This document shows positions 48,406-61,656 of a stretch of DNA of 64,000 nt, in pieces. The translations under genes were made by a program, and so were the position numbers. This DNA comes from Marsupella aquatica (lineage: Eukaryota; Plantae; Marchantiophyta). The DNA is taken from positions 27,967,145-28,031,144 of the forward strand of contig OZ316891.1 in the NCBI GenBank assembly GCA_973895155.1. Direction: 5' to 3'. Numbering within the stretch: the first letter of the stretch is position 1; each line of letters opens with the position of its first letter. The notes under the pieces are model-generated. The model was given only the letters and a program-made list of their open reading frames with translations, was not told the DNA's origin and did not search any database.

Positions 48406-50874
48406 TGTCACGCGATTGACATGGGTCTTAACACCAAAACCGTCACTATGGATGCCAAAACCATCTCCTTGTACCTGAGGATCACGAAGGGATGTTGTGA
48501 AGGCCGGTAAACACCAGTTTATGCCCTTAACACCATACTATCATAGCAAGACTGTCACACATCACCCAAGCTCAATCCCTCAGATCCGCGCTCATGATAG
48601 TTCTGGTGAGAAGGGGTCTTCATATCGGGCCCGTACACACAAGGCCTAGCGCTACGGTGCGCATAGGTCTATACGTATGCTTACTGTCATAGGTATGTTT
48701 CTATTCCGCCGCCAGAATGTACCCATAAACCAGTGACTCCTGACTGATTCCCGGCTTAGGGACTTCTAAGCCATTGCCCCACCACTCTGCCATTCCACTC
48801 TCAGCAATCAGAGCTATGACAGTCCTCACCCAGCCCGCTTCAATGCACCCTGTACACCTCTCAGTGGCGCTGCTAGTCCCATCATACACTCAGATTGCCT
48901 CACACACACACACATCCATGAGAGAAATGAGGCCTGAGAGGAAAACTCAATTAGATTCAAAGATGTGCACAATAGTTCACTGAGGACACGTGATCCGAAC
49001 ACTAGGGCCGAAGGCTGTCTCCTCCAGATTGTGACGTGCTTGCCCCGCAAGCCCCGTGCTTGCCATGCAAGCTCAATCCTGAACCTGAGCCCGGCTCACT
49101 CCAGATTATGACGGCATATTGGACTCGAACCAATCCCGTACTTGCCTTGCAAACTCAATCCTGAACTCAACCTCCTTCACTGCACTTCATTCTTGGGGAC
49201 ACGTACAGATCTCACACCTCCATTTCAAAATGTCAAGTACGCATGCACGGTTGACTCGACTTCAAAGCTGGTACCAGGCCTAACGGCGATCTACCCCAGA
49301 CTGCAATGAGGCCCGGCCTCATGCTTGCCTTGCAAGCTCAGCTCTGGCCATAAATCCCTTAGTGCTCTCTACCAGACAAAGGCCGGGACTCCCCATGGAT
49401 CACGTAGCCTTGGCAGACTGAACTGTAAATGCTCCTCCTGCTGCCCCTCAATCAGTGTCTCAGCCTCCCTAATGTGCGCACCATAAATCAAATTGAAATC
49501 CTCCCCACATTTTACAATCACCAATACATCACCTATCACCAAGGCTTTGTATCGGGGGAAAAGAACCCAGTTGTGCTGCCCACTAGAAAGAGCCACAATC
49601 CAGCTCGCAAACCTAGCAACCCGTTGCTGTGAAGCTTGGCTGATTACTCCCTGAGTAATAGCACAACCAAGCTCTCCCCAACACGCAGCGTCCAAGTCCA
49701 GCCTTGCTTGCACAGAGCTCCTCCCTGTTGCTCAGTATACGTGAGATCACACAACTGAAGTCCCTCCCCCATCTCTACCGGGGGGCTGATCTATATACTC
49801 TCATACTGAGCCCAATGGTTGGGTACTACGCTGCTGGAGCCCCATCCCAGCCCTAACAGAGCCGCCACTATCTCTAACTACTGAACCCTAACTCGCAGCT
49901 TTATTTCTATCTTGAATTGGCTATATACTTCGGATTTGGCCCTCCTCCATGGTTTTCGTGAGCTTACGCCTCCTCTCCCGATTTTTGTATTCAACCATTT
50001 GCTGCGTGGATAGTAGTGTTAGAAGCGGCTTGAGCTCCTCTTTCCAACGAGGTCAATTATAGCCGATTTGGTCAAATACACAGAGAGTTATGCCCCCACA
50101 ACCGAGAGGGGGTACTCACTGCTGCGCTAACCCGAGTTACATAGCTAACCCGAGTTCGGCTAACCTAGCTATCCTATCTAACCCGAGTAGAGCTAACCCG
50201 TGGTCTCGGGTTAGGCCGCTACCCGCTATCCGCTAACCTAGCCTAAGCTGAGCCCGAAATTAGGCTAACCCGAGTTCAGTCTAACCCGAGATCAATCTAA
50301 TCCGAACCTAGGTTAAGCCTAAGCTGAAGCCGTGCTTACCTGAGCTAAGCTGAAACCGTGCTCACCTGAGCTAAGCTGAAGCCGTGCTTACCTGCGATAA
50401 GCTGAAGCCGTTCTCACCTGAGCTAAGCTGAAGCCGTGCTTACCTAAGCTAAGCTGAAGCCGTGCTTACCTAAGCTAAGCTTAAGCCGTGCTCACATAAG
50501 CTAAGCCATGGTCGAGTTTGGGTTAACCCGAAACTGAAGCCGAATCCGCTAATTCCGGCCATAAGTTAACCCGTCACACTAATCAGGTCGTATCTTTCTT
50601 AATACACCTCCGTTCCCCGAGTGTTTTATATCGATTTTACTCGCCTTGACCAGATCTTTCCAATGCTCTTTACAGATCCGGATTTGGTGACATATTGAAA
50701 GAGAGATGGTCGTCGACCACCCGCGACATAGTTTTTATTTCCCTACTCTTAACGCCATGATTGCCCTTATTCTTGCCATCTTGCTAATTGTTATGCAATA
50801 TCAATAGCTACTCCTTGCATACAGCAACCTACTTAATCAGATTACAACATAAGGACCATGTCATTGGCGTCACA
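48406..50874. mobile_element. LTR-C1: 2.47-kb solo LTR
   Basis: TGTCAC..GTCACA ends; TSD CCCTT at 48401-48405 and 50875-50879; second copy at 61657. Confidence 0.92.
50315..50510. repeat. 26-bp tandem repeat in LTR-C1 (CTAAGCTGAAGCCGTGCTTACCTGAG)
   Basis: About 7 copies; the counterpart is at ~62020-62220; flanked by TAACCCGAG motifs. Confidence 0.9.
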
Positions 50875-53859
50875 CCCTTAGATCTTCAATCTCGGCTTCC
50901 ATCCTCCTAAGCCGCCGGATGACCTCGTCCTTCTTGCTTCTCTCTAAAGCCACTGCTTCTTCTAATTGGTGCTTCTCCAACTGCTCCCTATGGAAAAAGG
51001 GTCCTACCTCCAACTCCTCCCCAAAGATGCCGAGCGCAAGTTCCCCACATATCTCACCATACTCCATGGCTCTATTCTTAGCGTAGGTGGAGTAAGTAGA
51101 AGTGATCGGGATCGCCCATCGCGGCCTCTGCTCCCAAGCCGTCTTGCGGATCTCTTCAATCGTGGCTAGAGGTTTGCTTCCTTTTTCGGCTAGCCGCCTG
51201 ATGTCCTCTGGCCAATCTCCTCCTGGCAAATCCTTTTCCCTAGCTAGGGCTGCCTTTTCTGCTTCCCTAAGTCGCTCCTGAAATTCCTATGCCGTCTGCT
51301 TTATGCCGTCAAAGCTCGGGGGAGCAACATCTGGTGGGGGAGACTCGGGGCTACTCTGCTGGTTGGGGTCCCCTCGAACTACCCTTGGAAGTGTGGGGAT
51401 AAGCCAGCCACAGGTCCTTACTCCTGGAACGTGATGGTCCGACCCATAGCCGGAGTTATCATGGCTGCAATCCTCCACTGCCTCCTCCACCTCTTGGACT
51501 TTTGGCTTCTCCCTCTCCTCTTCGCCGGTAGGAGCTTCCGGCAATTCTGCCTCAGATTCAGAGCTTGAGACTCCCACATACATTCGAACACCTGATTCTC
51601 TCCTTATTTCCGGTAAAGGGGTTTTCCCTTCTAAGTCTGCTTAGGTTGACCTCTGGGGTAGTGTCCTGTATTGGTGCCGCTGCCGAAGCTGGTGCCAGTG
51701 CCGTCTTTTCCTTCTCCAGCATTTTCAGCAGATTCTGCATGCTTGGTTGCTGCATCGGCAAGTCTTCCTTCCTTGGCCTAAACGCCTGCTCAATCGTAGG
51801 GCTAACAGGTGGTTGAGGCTTCTCTGCTACCGGCCTCGGTGCTGGAGCTTCCTCGGGTGCCCTTACCTGCAGGGGAAGTACTGGGGCAAAGGTCTAACCT
51901 CTCGCATACCGGCACAACAGCGGCATGTGATAGCCAAGCCGCGACACGCTCCCCAGGCCGATTACCTGCTGCTCCTCCTTTAAGATCTTCTTCAATTGGT
52001 TGAGGAGGTACCCGTTGTAGTCCCGGCTTGGGTCTGGCCTCTCTGCCAGATAGACCTGTGCCTTACCGATCTCTGCCCTCGGCAAGTTACAATGCATGGT
52101 CACCCGCAAGAAGTCGATCATCTCTCCTATGTGCAGGTTGGTGCAGGTGTTCCGGAAGAAGCCATTCTTCGTTGATGGCCCAGGGAACGACCGGAACTCC
52201 TTGTCAGGCAAGGTCTTCCTGGTATCAACTTTGGTCTTATTGCCTATCGGCAAGCCAAACACTTCGGCAATCACCTTGGGAGTAAGATAGAAATCCTTCC
52301 CATATATCCTCGTGGAATTGGTCTCGGGTTCCCATGACCCCACGAATTCTAATAGGTCTGAATCCGGCACCTCCGGTTTCAGCCATGGTAATCTTACAAA
52401 GGCCTCTAAGCCGGATCCGGCCATGAAGCCTTGGTACTTCTTGGTCTGCATGGCCGTAAAGCATGCATCCTCCTCCTGTGCAAAATGTAGTTGCACCTCC
52501 TCTGGTAGGGTTGCCGCCCAGCCTTTCCAGGTGTCATCCCTGGTTGGAATGGCATTGATGGGATCGTCTTCCTCTTCGGCTTCTCCCTGCCTCCTGCTCT
52601 GCTGCTCGGCTGGCTTCTTTGGTGCCGCCGACCTCGTTCTTTTTGCCGGGGTGGCTTCATCGTTGACGGCTCCCTTCCTCTTCATTTTGGCTCCCGTGGA
52701 TGTCTCTCCTAGCACGGTTGCCTTTGTCCACCCCTCTGTGCTACCCTTCAACTCCCAGTGTATGTTGTTGCAGCGTTTGATGGCTTCTCGGATGCCGACG
52801 ACTCTATCTTCGCAAAACAGAAGATCGTCGAGCTGATTGGAAGTAGGAGTCCACAAGAAGTCGGCCTTGATGAGTTTGCCTCCTAAGAAAGCCGTCTTCT
52901 GCAGCTCCCACAATCGAGCGAGCTCCTACCATTCTCGAGCTGCCCTTTCTGATTCTTTGTCCTCGTAAGTCTTGATGTACTCAGTTGCCCGTTCGAACAG
53001 GCATCCCTAGAAATGTGCCGCTTGATTGATGTTGCTCATACCCTCCTTAGGTCGATTGTTGGTATCTACTCTCTCCCCGAGTGCTTGCCTAAGCAGCTGA
53101 CAATAGTTGGCCTCCCGTAGTCGTCTGCCTAGTTCGTGCTCGCAAATGAGCCACCATTCCCTGCAAGCGCTCCTTACCCCTCTCCTCTTCCGGTCCTTCC
53201 TCCCGTTGATCCTTCCTAGCCGCCGATGCTTAGCGCGCCCTAACCCTAATCTTGTTTTCACCCCCAGCGTCCTTACCTCCGGCCTCGGCCCTGGTTCCAT
53301 AGTCGCCCCTAATTATTTATATTTTCCTTGTTTTGTCCCTATACTAAGGTGTTTCTAGGGTGCACTCCTGCTTTACCCACTTAACTGGCCGAGTGATTCC
53401 TGGCTAGGCATCACACGCCCCTTTTAAGAAGGGCGGACGTGGAGGGAGGAGGCGCGAGTGGGCAGGGTGGGCTCAGATCTCCAAGTTTAGAATTATGATC
53501 AGGACCAGGAGGTGGCCCTGACACTTAGATTAGTGGGATTGCGGATCCATTGGTAAGAGCAACACTTGTGCTCCTGCCTCGCTGTACATGGTAGATTACA
53601 GTTAGGATAGATTAGGCTTACATTGCAAGGAATTGGGCGGATCCACTGCCAGGAGAAGTACCTGGGCAGCGGGGAGTTCAGGGCCTTCTTCCTTAGTAAG
53701 TTTTTAGTGCACCAGCAGGGCTGGGATCAAGTAGTAAAAGATGTTAAAAACGAAGTATGCCCCTTGGGTATATTCAAAGAAATAAATATCAACTATATCT
53801 TAGGAAGAGAGGTTAACCTTGATTTGGATTGAATATGCAGATAAAAATGGTGACATCTA

Positions 53860-54022
53860 TACATTGGGTGATTGTCGGTGAAATTGTTGGTTTGTGCGTA
53901 TCAAATAAAGTGGTTGCAAGGGGTATCATTCAAAGTGTGGATCCATCTCGGATTTGCCATAATGTTCCTCTTGGGCCCCTTCAAGTTCTTGTTACTTTGG
54001 AAGAAGTATTTGATGCAGAAAC
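53860..54022 (+). pseudogene. Fragment resembling an En/Spm-associated accessory domain (Tnp1/Transposase_23-like)
   Basis: VVARGIIQSVDPSRICHNVPLGPLQVLVTLEEV fits the VA.G.I...DP...H.VPLG...V pattern; cut off by the insertion at 54023. Confidence 0.5.
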
Positions 54023-57000
54023 TGTGACGCCGCTAGCACGGCGGTTAATGAGTAATCTGCCCTAATTCGTGCTTAGCACGCGCTGTCTTGAGGTTTCCAT
54101 CCTAAAGGAGGAATCCTCATGTTTTGTGAAGGAAGTTGAAACCATTTTGGCTTCTAACTTGGGCAAGTTGACTTGACTTGAGCTAACTTGACCAAGGTGA
54201 AGGAGGAAGTAGAGTTATGAGGGTCAAGGTAGGGATGAGGTCGAGCCTACCCACCCTTGTTACTATTGTGGGGTATGTTTTTCATTTGTGACCAGCGATT
54301 AAGTTATCATTTGGCGGATTGGAGGTTGCTTGCTCGATAAGCAAGGTATTTAGGGTTTTGGGGACATGGTGACCAGGTTCATTGAATACATGGAGGAGGT
54401 GACCAGGGTCAAGGCATGTAAGAGGGTTTGGTCCAAGTGCATCAGTTTTGTGAGATATGGACCAGATTCAGAGTTTTGTGTTAAATGGACCACATTCGAT
54501 GTATCTACTTCAACGGTGGATCTTGGTTTTGGTTAATGGATGGCTTGGATTGAAGGTGGAGATGTGAGTTAGGGCTTGGTGGAGGTCGTGGCTTTTTCAA
54601 AAAGGTCGAAGCTCTTTTGGTTTGCAAGTTACTAAGGAGGGGTTTTTTGGCTCATTTCTGGCCATTTGATCTAATTGGTGTGAGATCAAGGGCTGTGATT
54701 CAACGAGGACTAAAACCATAAGTGGAGGAGATTGTGGGTTCCCTGGGCCTTCCCACGTGGATACTAAAGGAGGAAGTTCGAGTGGCCAAGGGTTCGGAGG
54801 TTAGATGCTGCTGAAGTGCTGCCATTTTGCCGTTTTGGAGTGTTAAGTCCCATTTTTAGTTGTAGGAGCGAACCTCTTGAGGGGGAGCTCAGCATGAGGC
54901 ATGAGTGAAGGGGGAGCCCTCCTCCTTGGCCGTGGCCTTAGGATTTTGAGGGTAGGAGATGTAGAGGCAATTTTGTGAAGAGATAGAAGGAGTAGAAGCT
55001 TTGAATGTGAAGAGATTGAGTTTTGTGACGATTTTTCTAGGGATTTGGAGAGAGGTTTCGAATGTAGGAGAGGCTGACTCGAAGCCTTAGGAAGGAGGTA
55101 GGATGTCAGTGGGAAGTATAAGGAGCTTACATGAGAGATTGCCCACAAGAAGGCATACTCGAATGTAGGTTTGTTGCTTCAAGTTTTGAGGAGAATGGAC
55201 TTGTAGGAGATTTTCGAAAGCTTAGAGGAGAGAGACCTAATCTTGTTGAAGCTTGGGAGTCTTGCATTAGAGATGGCTCACTAAGAAGGCCTACTCTCTT
55301 GTAAACTCCTTGACTTGAAGCTTCAAAAGTAGATTTGGTTGATAGAAGGAAGTATGAGAGAAGGAGACTAGGGTTTTGAAGCTTGGATAGGCTATGGAGG
55401 GATTTTGAATGCTTGGTTGATGATTAGACTTGGTGATGATTCATTTTTGCTAGGAGGGTCTTGCTTGTGACCCATGTTTTTACTTGGAGGCCATGATGCT
55501 ACATGTGCCTTCTTGCTATGCATTTAGAGGAGAGGTATCCTCGTTTTTGAGATGTGTGTTGATGCCTTGCTTTGGCTATGAGTGATGGAATGGTTAGAAT
55601 GAATGTCTTCATGCCATTTTTGAATGTTGTTGTGAGCTTGAAGGTGTTTTTGAAAGTAGATAGGTTGAATGAAGGTACTTTCGAAAGTAGTTATTATGCA
55701 TGAGGGAAGTTGCAAGAGTAAAGAGTGAAGGCATTTTCGATTGATGGAATGGGTTGTTTGTGGATTATACTTGGTGGTTCTACTAGAGGAAGGGACTAAG
55801 GTCAATTCCATGTTTGTTAAGGAGTTTGTTGACCAACCCTAGGTCACTTTTCGAAAGTAGTTTCCCATGTTTTGAAAGTTGGATGTTTGAATGGTGCATA
55901 GAGATGCCTTGCATACCTTTGGATGTCCCACTTGTCTTAGCCACAACCAAGAGTGACCCTTAACTTGACCACATTGAATGTACACTTGAACTTGTGTACC
56001 TTAGAAGGTTGCAAGGGATTGTGTGCAATCAAGTGTTGGAAAAGGAATGGTGACCAATTGAATGTTGGGCTTAGACTTGTGAGGATTACATTGGGAAGCT
56101 TGAACTAGTTATTTTGATTGTGATTGGATATGAGTATATAAATGGCTTGAGTTTCGAAAGCATGCATGCTTGCTTGTGATGATGTGGATGAAAGGAAGTG
56201 CTTAGGGTCTACTTTGTCTTGTTTGCAACCGTTTCCTATCTCAAGCAGCCATACACCCTGCGTGTCCCTTGAGCCTCTTTTCCCACCTCTTTGCTTATCC
56301 TCAGGACAAGTTGGCGACCATACTGGATATAATAGGTCTTGAGGCTTGAGATAGTAGCTATATTGTGAATTCTACTAACCATTATGCTAACAAGTTGCTA
56401 ACCCTAATGTGGGATCTGGTTGCTTGTATGCACTTTTATTAAGATTCAGAAGTTGGAATGATTGAACTATGAATAGATTTGCCTTGCTTGCCGTTGGGTG
56501 TTCCACTTGCCTTGACAACAAACGAGGGTGACCCTGAACTTGACCACAAACGAATGTAAACCTGAACTTGTGCGCCTTCATTGGTAGCAAGGGATTGTGA
56601 GCAATCAAGTGCTGGAAAAGGGATGGTGATCAATCAAACGTTGGACTTGGGCTTGTGGGCATTCCATTGGGAAGCTTGAACTAGATATTTTGGTATGAGA
56701 GAATAGGTTGTATGCATTACTCCTTGATTGTGAAGTCTGGCTGATGGCTTTCAAGTATGCAATTGGACTTGCCCTCCCTTTGGGTTGCATGTTCCAGCAT
56801 TATTGTGGTACTTGGAGTAATCTGAGCTAAGATTGAGCATAGGTCAATTGCAAGCTTGAGGAGGGCAAAAGGACGCAAATTAAAAAGGATCACCAAAATG
56901 GAGAGGTAGTCCTTGTGGTGATACGAAGATCAACGATCAAGATTGAAGGATAGTGGGGCCACCAAGGACTTCAACCTCGTGAAGGAATTAATGACGCAAA
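54023..57000. mobile_element. Probable LTR or LTR fragment (family D); right end not located
   Basis: Abrupt TGTGACGCC start that interrupts a coding fragment; non-coding, G/T-skewed; repeated TTTCGAA; internal repeat ~55950-56110 vs 56527-56690; no matching TSD found. Confidence 0.5.
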
Positions 57001-57856
57001 AGGACATCGCATCATTTCTAGCCACTAAGGTCCTTCCACGGAGAAGAAGGAGGGGACCAGTTCTGTCATTCCTGCAGTTTGAAATAGCCGCCAAGTTTGA
57101 AATAGCCACGCGGCTTCCGTGCCATCCGCGGGTTTCCATCAACGGTGAGGAATTGGTTGCTGGGGCCTGCTGTGCCTTAGATTTCCAGATGTTCGGGAGG
57201 CTTCAGGGATACTCAACGACAGTGGCGGGGGGAGTGAACGCCGAGTAGTGTCGCAAATTAGTTTGTTTGGGAGGCTTAGGGGATTGTCAACGACAGTGGT
57301 GGCGAGACTGAATGAGACTGAATGTCGCAAAGTAGTGGATGTCGGCAGTAAACGTCAACAATGAACATTGAGGAGTTCCGCCGAATGTTTCAATTTTAGT
57401 GCTTGAAGGAAACATAGCATTGCAGACTCTCTATTCTTTCAAATCTTTTCTAAGGTGGTGCGGTTTGGTGACATTGGTTTAGAGCTCGGGTAAGCAAATG
57501 TTGCTTTGTTGAAGTTTCAACCAATTCTAGACAGACCTTCATATTCCTCATAGTCGCAACGCGTTCGGCGATAGGTGCTTGTAAACTCAAGAACTTTCAA
57601 ATCAGCGATGGTGCAAATGTTGCATACATGGTCTTTGACATGTTGTGGGCATGGAGAGTTTGCGTAGGTTTGGGTGGAAGTGCTACTTCATGAGCGTGAC
57701 GTGCTCTGCAGGCCAGACTGAGGGTACGCTTGTAACTTTGATACCTAATGCACCACCTATTCTACTTCCTTTCATCGATATTTGACGTAACCTTCTCTAC
57801 TTTAGATTTACCAGAACTCTCATCAGATTTAGTCAGGACTTTTCGTAGTTGTTTTG

Positions 57857-59947
57857 ATGGATACCCCACTTCCATTGCCCGTTGATGGAGGTGAGGGTGT
57901 AGGGTCATTAGAAAACTCTCCTCAAGAACGCTCAACCGGGTCTGTGTTAGTCAACAAACTCTCTAAAGGAAAACCTAGTTCAGACGATTGTGGTGCTCGA
58001 GCGGTAGCATCTATTGAGAAATCTAAAGGTAGAGTCAAGCCAACTTCAGAGGCGACAGACAACGAATGGGATCCAGCCGGGTCTGTGTTAGTCAAACTCT
58101 CTAAAGGAAAACCCAGTTCAGATGATTGTGTTGCTCGAGCGGTAGCATCTATTGAGAAATCTAAAGGTAGAGTGAAGCCAGCTTCAGAGGCAACAGACAA
58201 CGAATGGGATCCAGCCAATTTTTACAAGGACGCTCACTTCTTTGCTACCTAGTTTGGCCTTCCGAATGAAGGCAAAAATCTCCATAGAATCATTGACATC
58301 AGTGAGGAAATGCTAGTCACGTGCTTTGGAGATAAGGGACGGAGCGGTTACAAACTAGGTAGTTGCACAGGCTTGCCACAAGAGGATGTCTTACATTTAT
58401 CCCAAGTTGTCAATGGATATGAGAAGCCAGTCAATGGAGTGTTGGCACTGTATACATTAAGGGAGTGTATGCTGAGCGAGTGTTGGGGAGGACAGTTAAT
58501 TGGGCCGCATACGCTGCATCTAAGTTGAAAGGCCAGATTGTTCAGTGGCATAGAGAAGGCAAAGGTAAGCCTAATGGGCCCCCTTGTGTAAGGAAGACTG
58601 GTCGTGTTTATAAGCGCGCAGATGCACAAGTTATTGAGGATGCAATTCATGAGGCAATTCCTCCCCGAGTTCCTTCAGGCCTCTCTTTGAAAGAGCCAAC
58701 GATGAAGTCTCCAATCCCCGAGAGCGGATGGGATGTTCTTTCCCTCAAAAAAGTTCCTGCTGAGCTACTTGGTACTGCATCTGCCTCCCCTATTCCGTGG
58801 GTGCGGCCAAGTCCTTCCACTCTTGCGCAGTCGCCAAGTACCCCCCCTCGTGCCTTGTTACTATCCATGCTTGAATCAGAAATGTCATGGAGTAAGAACC
58901 AAGTAAGAGAGGCCCGCGAAGATGTTCAGAAACTTCTTCGAAGCCTGGAAAATTTGAAATCTTCAGAGTGCGACCGGCGAAGTGCACTGCAGCGGATTCA
59001 TCATCAAATTTGCAAACTAGAGGAGGAGTTGAAGCTTGTAAAGGATTCAGTATCAAATGAAGAAGAGAAGCATGAAGAAACCACGAATGCCATTGAGTTG
59101 GAAGAAGGCAACCAATGTGAAGACGATGAGGTTTCACTCTGATCAATTTCCACATTAGTTTTTATCGCACTTTCTATTTATTCTCTTCACTAACGTTGGA
59201 AATCTGAGATTAGTAGCTTGCAGCTAATATGATTTGTGAGTTGATGAATGACACTCTATTTTTTATTCTTTGTGACAGACCCCCAACGATTACTTGACAC
59301 ACCTTCAGACTGATCTGAAGCAGCATGAGGCCACAATTGAGATGTTGAACTCCCGGTCAAGATCAATTTCAGATGAGTTGACTGTGTTGAGGACGCTCCA
59401 CAGCGACAAAGATCATATGTTCAAAGACTTGCCAAGCAAGGTGGCAAGATTGACCAAAGTCGTGGAAGAAAGGGAGATTGTCGTTAAGGGGGTGGAGGAG
59501 CTTCTGGAAGCTCAATCTCAGGAACATTCCATTTTAAACAAAGTTTTGAAGCATCCTTGCCCTGTGTTAGCTCCTCGTTTTATTCCTACTTCTTGTCGAT
59601 CTGTAGGAGTCCAAGCTTCACTTACTGTTTGTCCAGTGTGTTGCAATGGGTTTCATTGCCCCAACTAGATTCGAGCATCTTGTGGGCACACCTACCATCC
59701 GAGTTGTCTGTTACCAATACTTGGTTCATCAGAACAGAGTGCTAAGTGTTTGGCATGCTCCTATGCCTTCAGTGATGATTGGTTGCGAAGTTGGGGTTTG
59801 CCAAGTTCATATGCATCACCAAGTCCGGTTGGATCATGGCATTCTTACATAACAGACTTAAAAGATATGTATGGGAAGAAGGGCAGATGTTTGGGAAGAC
59901 CAAGAGAGGTTTCGCGGATAGTTCAAACAGCTCAATCACAGGTTTGA
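57857..59947 (+). pseudogene. Spliced gene: FGLP-type domain, coiled coil and C-terminal RING-H2 finger
   Basis: Phase-0 GT-AG intron 59131-59278; CPVC..SCGHTYHPSC..KCLAC..WLRSWG; stops at 58250 and 59666; frameshift near 58460; ~138-bp tandem duplication 57936-58215. Confidence 0.75.
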
Positions 59948-59984
59948 ATTTGTAAAGCAATCTTCTGAATTATTTGTGCCTGCA

Positions 59985-61656
59985 TGTGATGCCTAGCCAG
60001 GAATCACTGGGCTAGTTTAAGGGGAAAAGGGAAGTGTACCCTAGAAACACCTTAGTATAGTTACATAAATAAGGAAAATATAAACAATTAAGGGTGACTA
60101 TGGAACCCGAGCCGAGGCCGGAAGTAAGGACGCCAGGGGAGAGAACACGATTAGGGTTAGGGCACGCTAAGTGCCGGCGGCTAGGGGTAACCAACGGGAG
60201 GGAGAACCAGAGGAGGAGAGGGGTAAGGACCGCTCGCGAGGAGTAGTGGCTCATTTGCAAGCACAAACTGGGCAGGCGACTATGGGCGGCCAACTACTGT
60301 CAACTGCTTAGGCAAGCGCTCAGGGTGGGAACAGACACCGACTATCAACTCGAGAAGGGTATGAGCAACGTCAATCAAGCGGCACATTTTTGGGGATGCC
60401 TGTTCGAACGGGCAACTGAGTACATTGGGACTTACGAGGACGAAGAATCGGAGAGAGCAGCTCGAGAACGGCAGGAGCTCGCCCGATTGTGGGAGCTGCA
60501 GAAATTAAAGCTGCCTTCTTAGGAGGAGAACTCATCAAGGCTGAATTCCTATGGACGCCTACTGGCAACGAGCTAGACGACCTGCTGTTTTGAAAAGACA
60601 GTCATCGGCATCCGAGAAGCCATCAAACGCTGCAATGACATACACTGGGAGTTGAAGGGTAGCACGGAGGGGTGGACAAAGGCAACCGTGCTAGGAGAGA
60701 CATCCACGGCAGCCGAGATGAAGAGGAAGGGGAACAACAACGAAGAGGCCACCCCGGCAAAAAGAACGAGGTTGGCGGCACCAAAGAAGCCAACAGAACA
60801 GCAGAGCAGGAGGTAGAGAGAAGCCAAGGAGGAGGAGGTTGACCCCATCAATGCCATTCCAACAAACGATGACACCTGGAAAGGCTGGGCGGCGACCCTA
60901 CTGGAGGAAGTGCAATTACACTTTGCATGGGAGGAGGATGCATGCTTTACAGCCATGCAGACCAAGAAGTACCAAGGCTTCATGGCCGGATCCGGCTTGG
61001 AAGCCTTCGTAAGATTACCATGGCTGAAGCCGGAGGTGCCGGACTCAGACTTGTTAGAATTCATGGGATCATGGGAACCCGAAGGGTGTATGGGAGGGAT
61101 TTCTATCTCACTCCCCAGGTGATTGCCGAAGTGTTTGGCTTGCCGATGGGTAATAAGACCAAGGTTGATACCAGGAAGACCTTACCTGACAAGGAGTTTC
61201 GGTCGTTCCCAGGACCATCAACAAAGAATGGCTTCTTCCAGAACACCTGCACCAACCTGCACATCGGAGAAATGATCGATTTCTTGCGGGTGACCATGCA
61301 CTGTAACTTGCCGAGGGCAGAGATCGGCAAGGCTCAAGTCTACCTGGCAGAAAGGCCAGACCCAAGCCGGGATTACAACGGGTACCTCCTCAACCAACTG
61401 AAGAAGATCTTGAAGGAGGAACAGCAGGTGATCGGCGTGGGAAGCGTGTCCCGGCTTGGCTATCACATGCCGCTGTTGTGCCGGTATGCCAGAAGTCAAA
61501 TCTTTGCCCCAGTACTTCCCCTATCGATAAGAGCATCGGAGGAGGTCCCGAAGCAGAGGCCGGCACCAGAGAAGCCCAACCAGCCCGACAGTCCGACGAT
61601 CGAGCAGGTGTTTAGACCAAGGGAAGAAGACTTGCCGATGCAGCAACCAGGCATGC
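59985..61656 (+). mobile_element. LTR-B5, 5' part, interrupted by LTR-C2
   Basis: Starts TGTGATGCCTAGCCAGG; frameshifted homolog of the B ORF up to MQQPGM. Confidence 0.92.

Larger units (their letters stand above)
46257..53415 (-). mobile_element. LTR-B2: complete solo LTR containing LTR-C1
   Basis: Both TGTG/CACA ends; flanks CGCCA and CGCCC (TSD with one mismatch); ORF pieces 53300-50875 and 48400-47163. Confidence 0.9.
46004..53740 (+). mobile_element. LTR-B4 remnant (46004-46256 + 53416-53740), host of B2 and B3
   Basis: ORF end (..IEDQPPVS*) and the downstream sequence match B1 39050-39540 when B2 is removed. Confidence 0.85.

Noticed and set aside
48701-49713. Short ORFs in LTR-C repeated at 62836-63708
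   Set aside because: They recur only because the LTR is duplicated; boundaries differ between copies and no domains are recognisable.
50315-50510. CRISPR-like 26-bp repeats
   Set aside because: Head-to-tail tandem units without spacers, inside an LTR.
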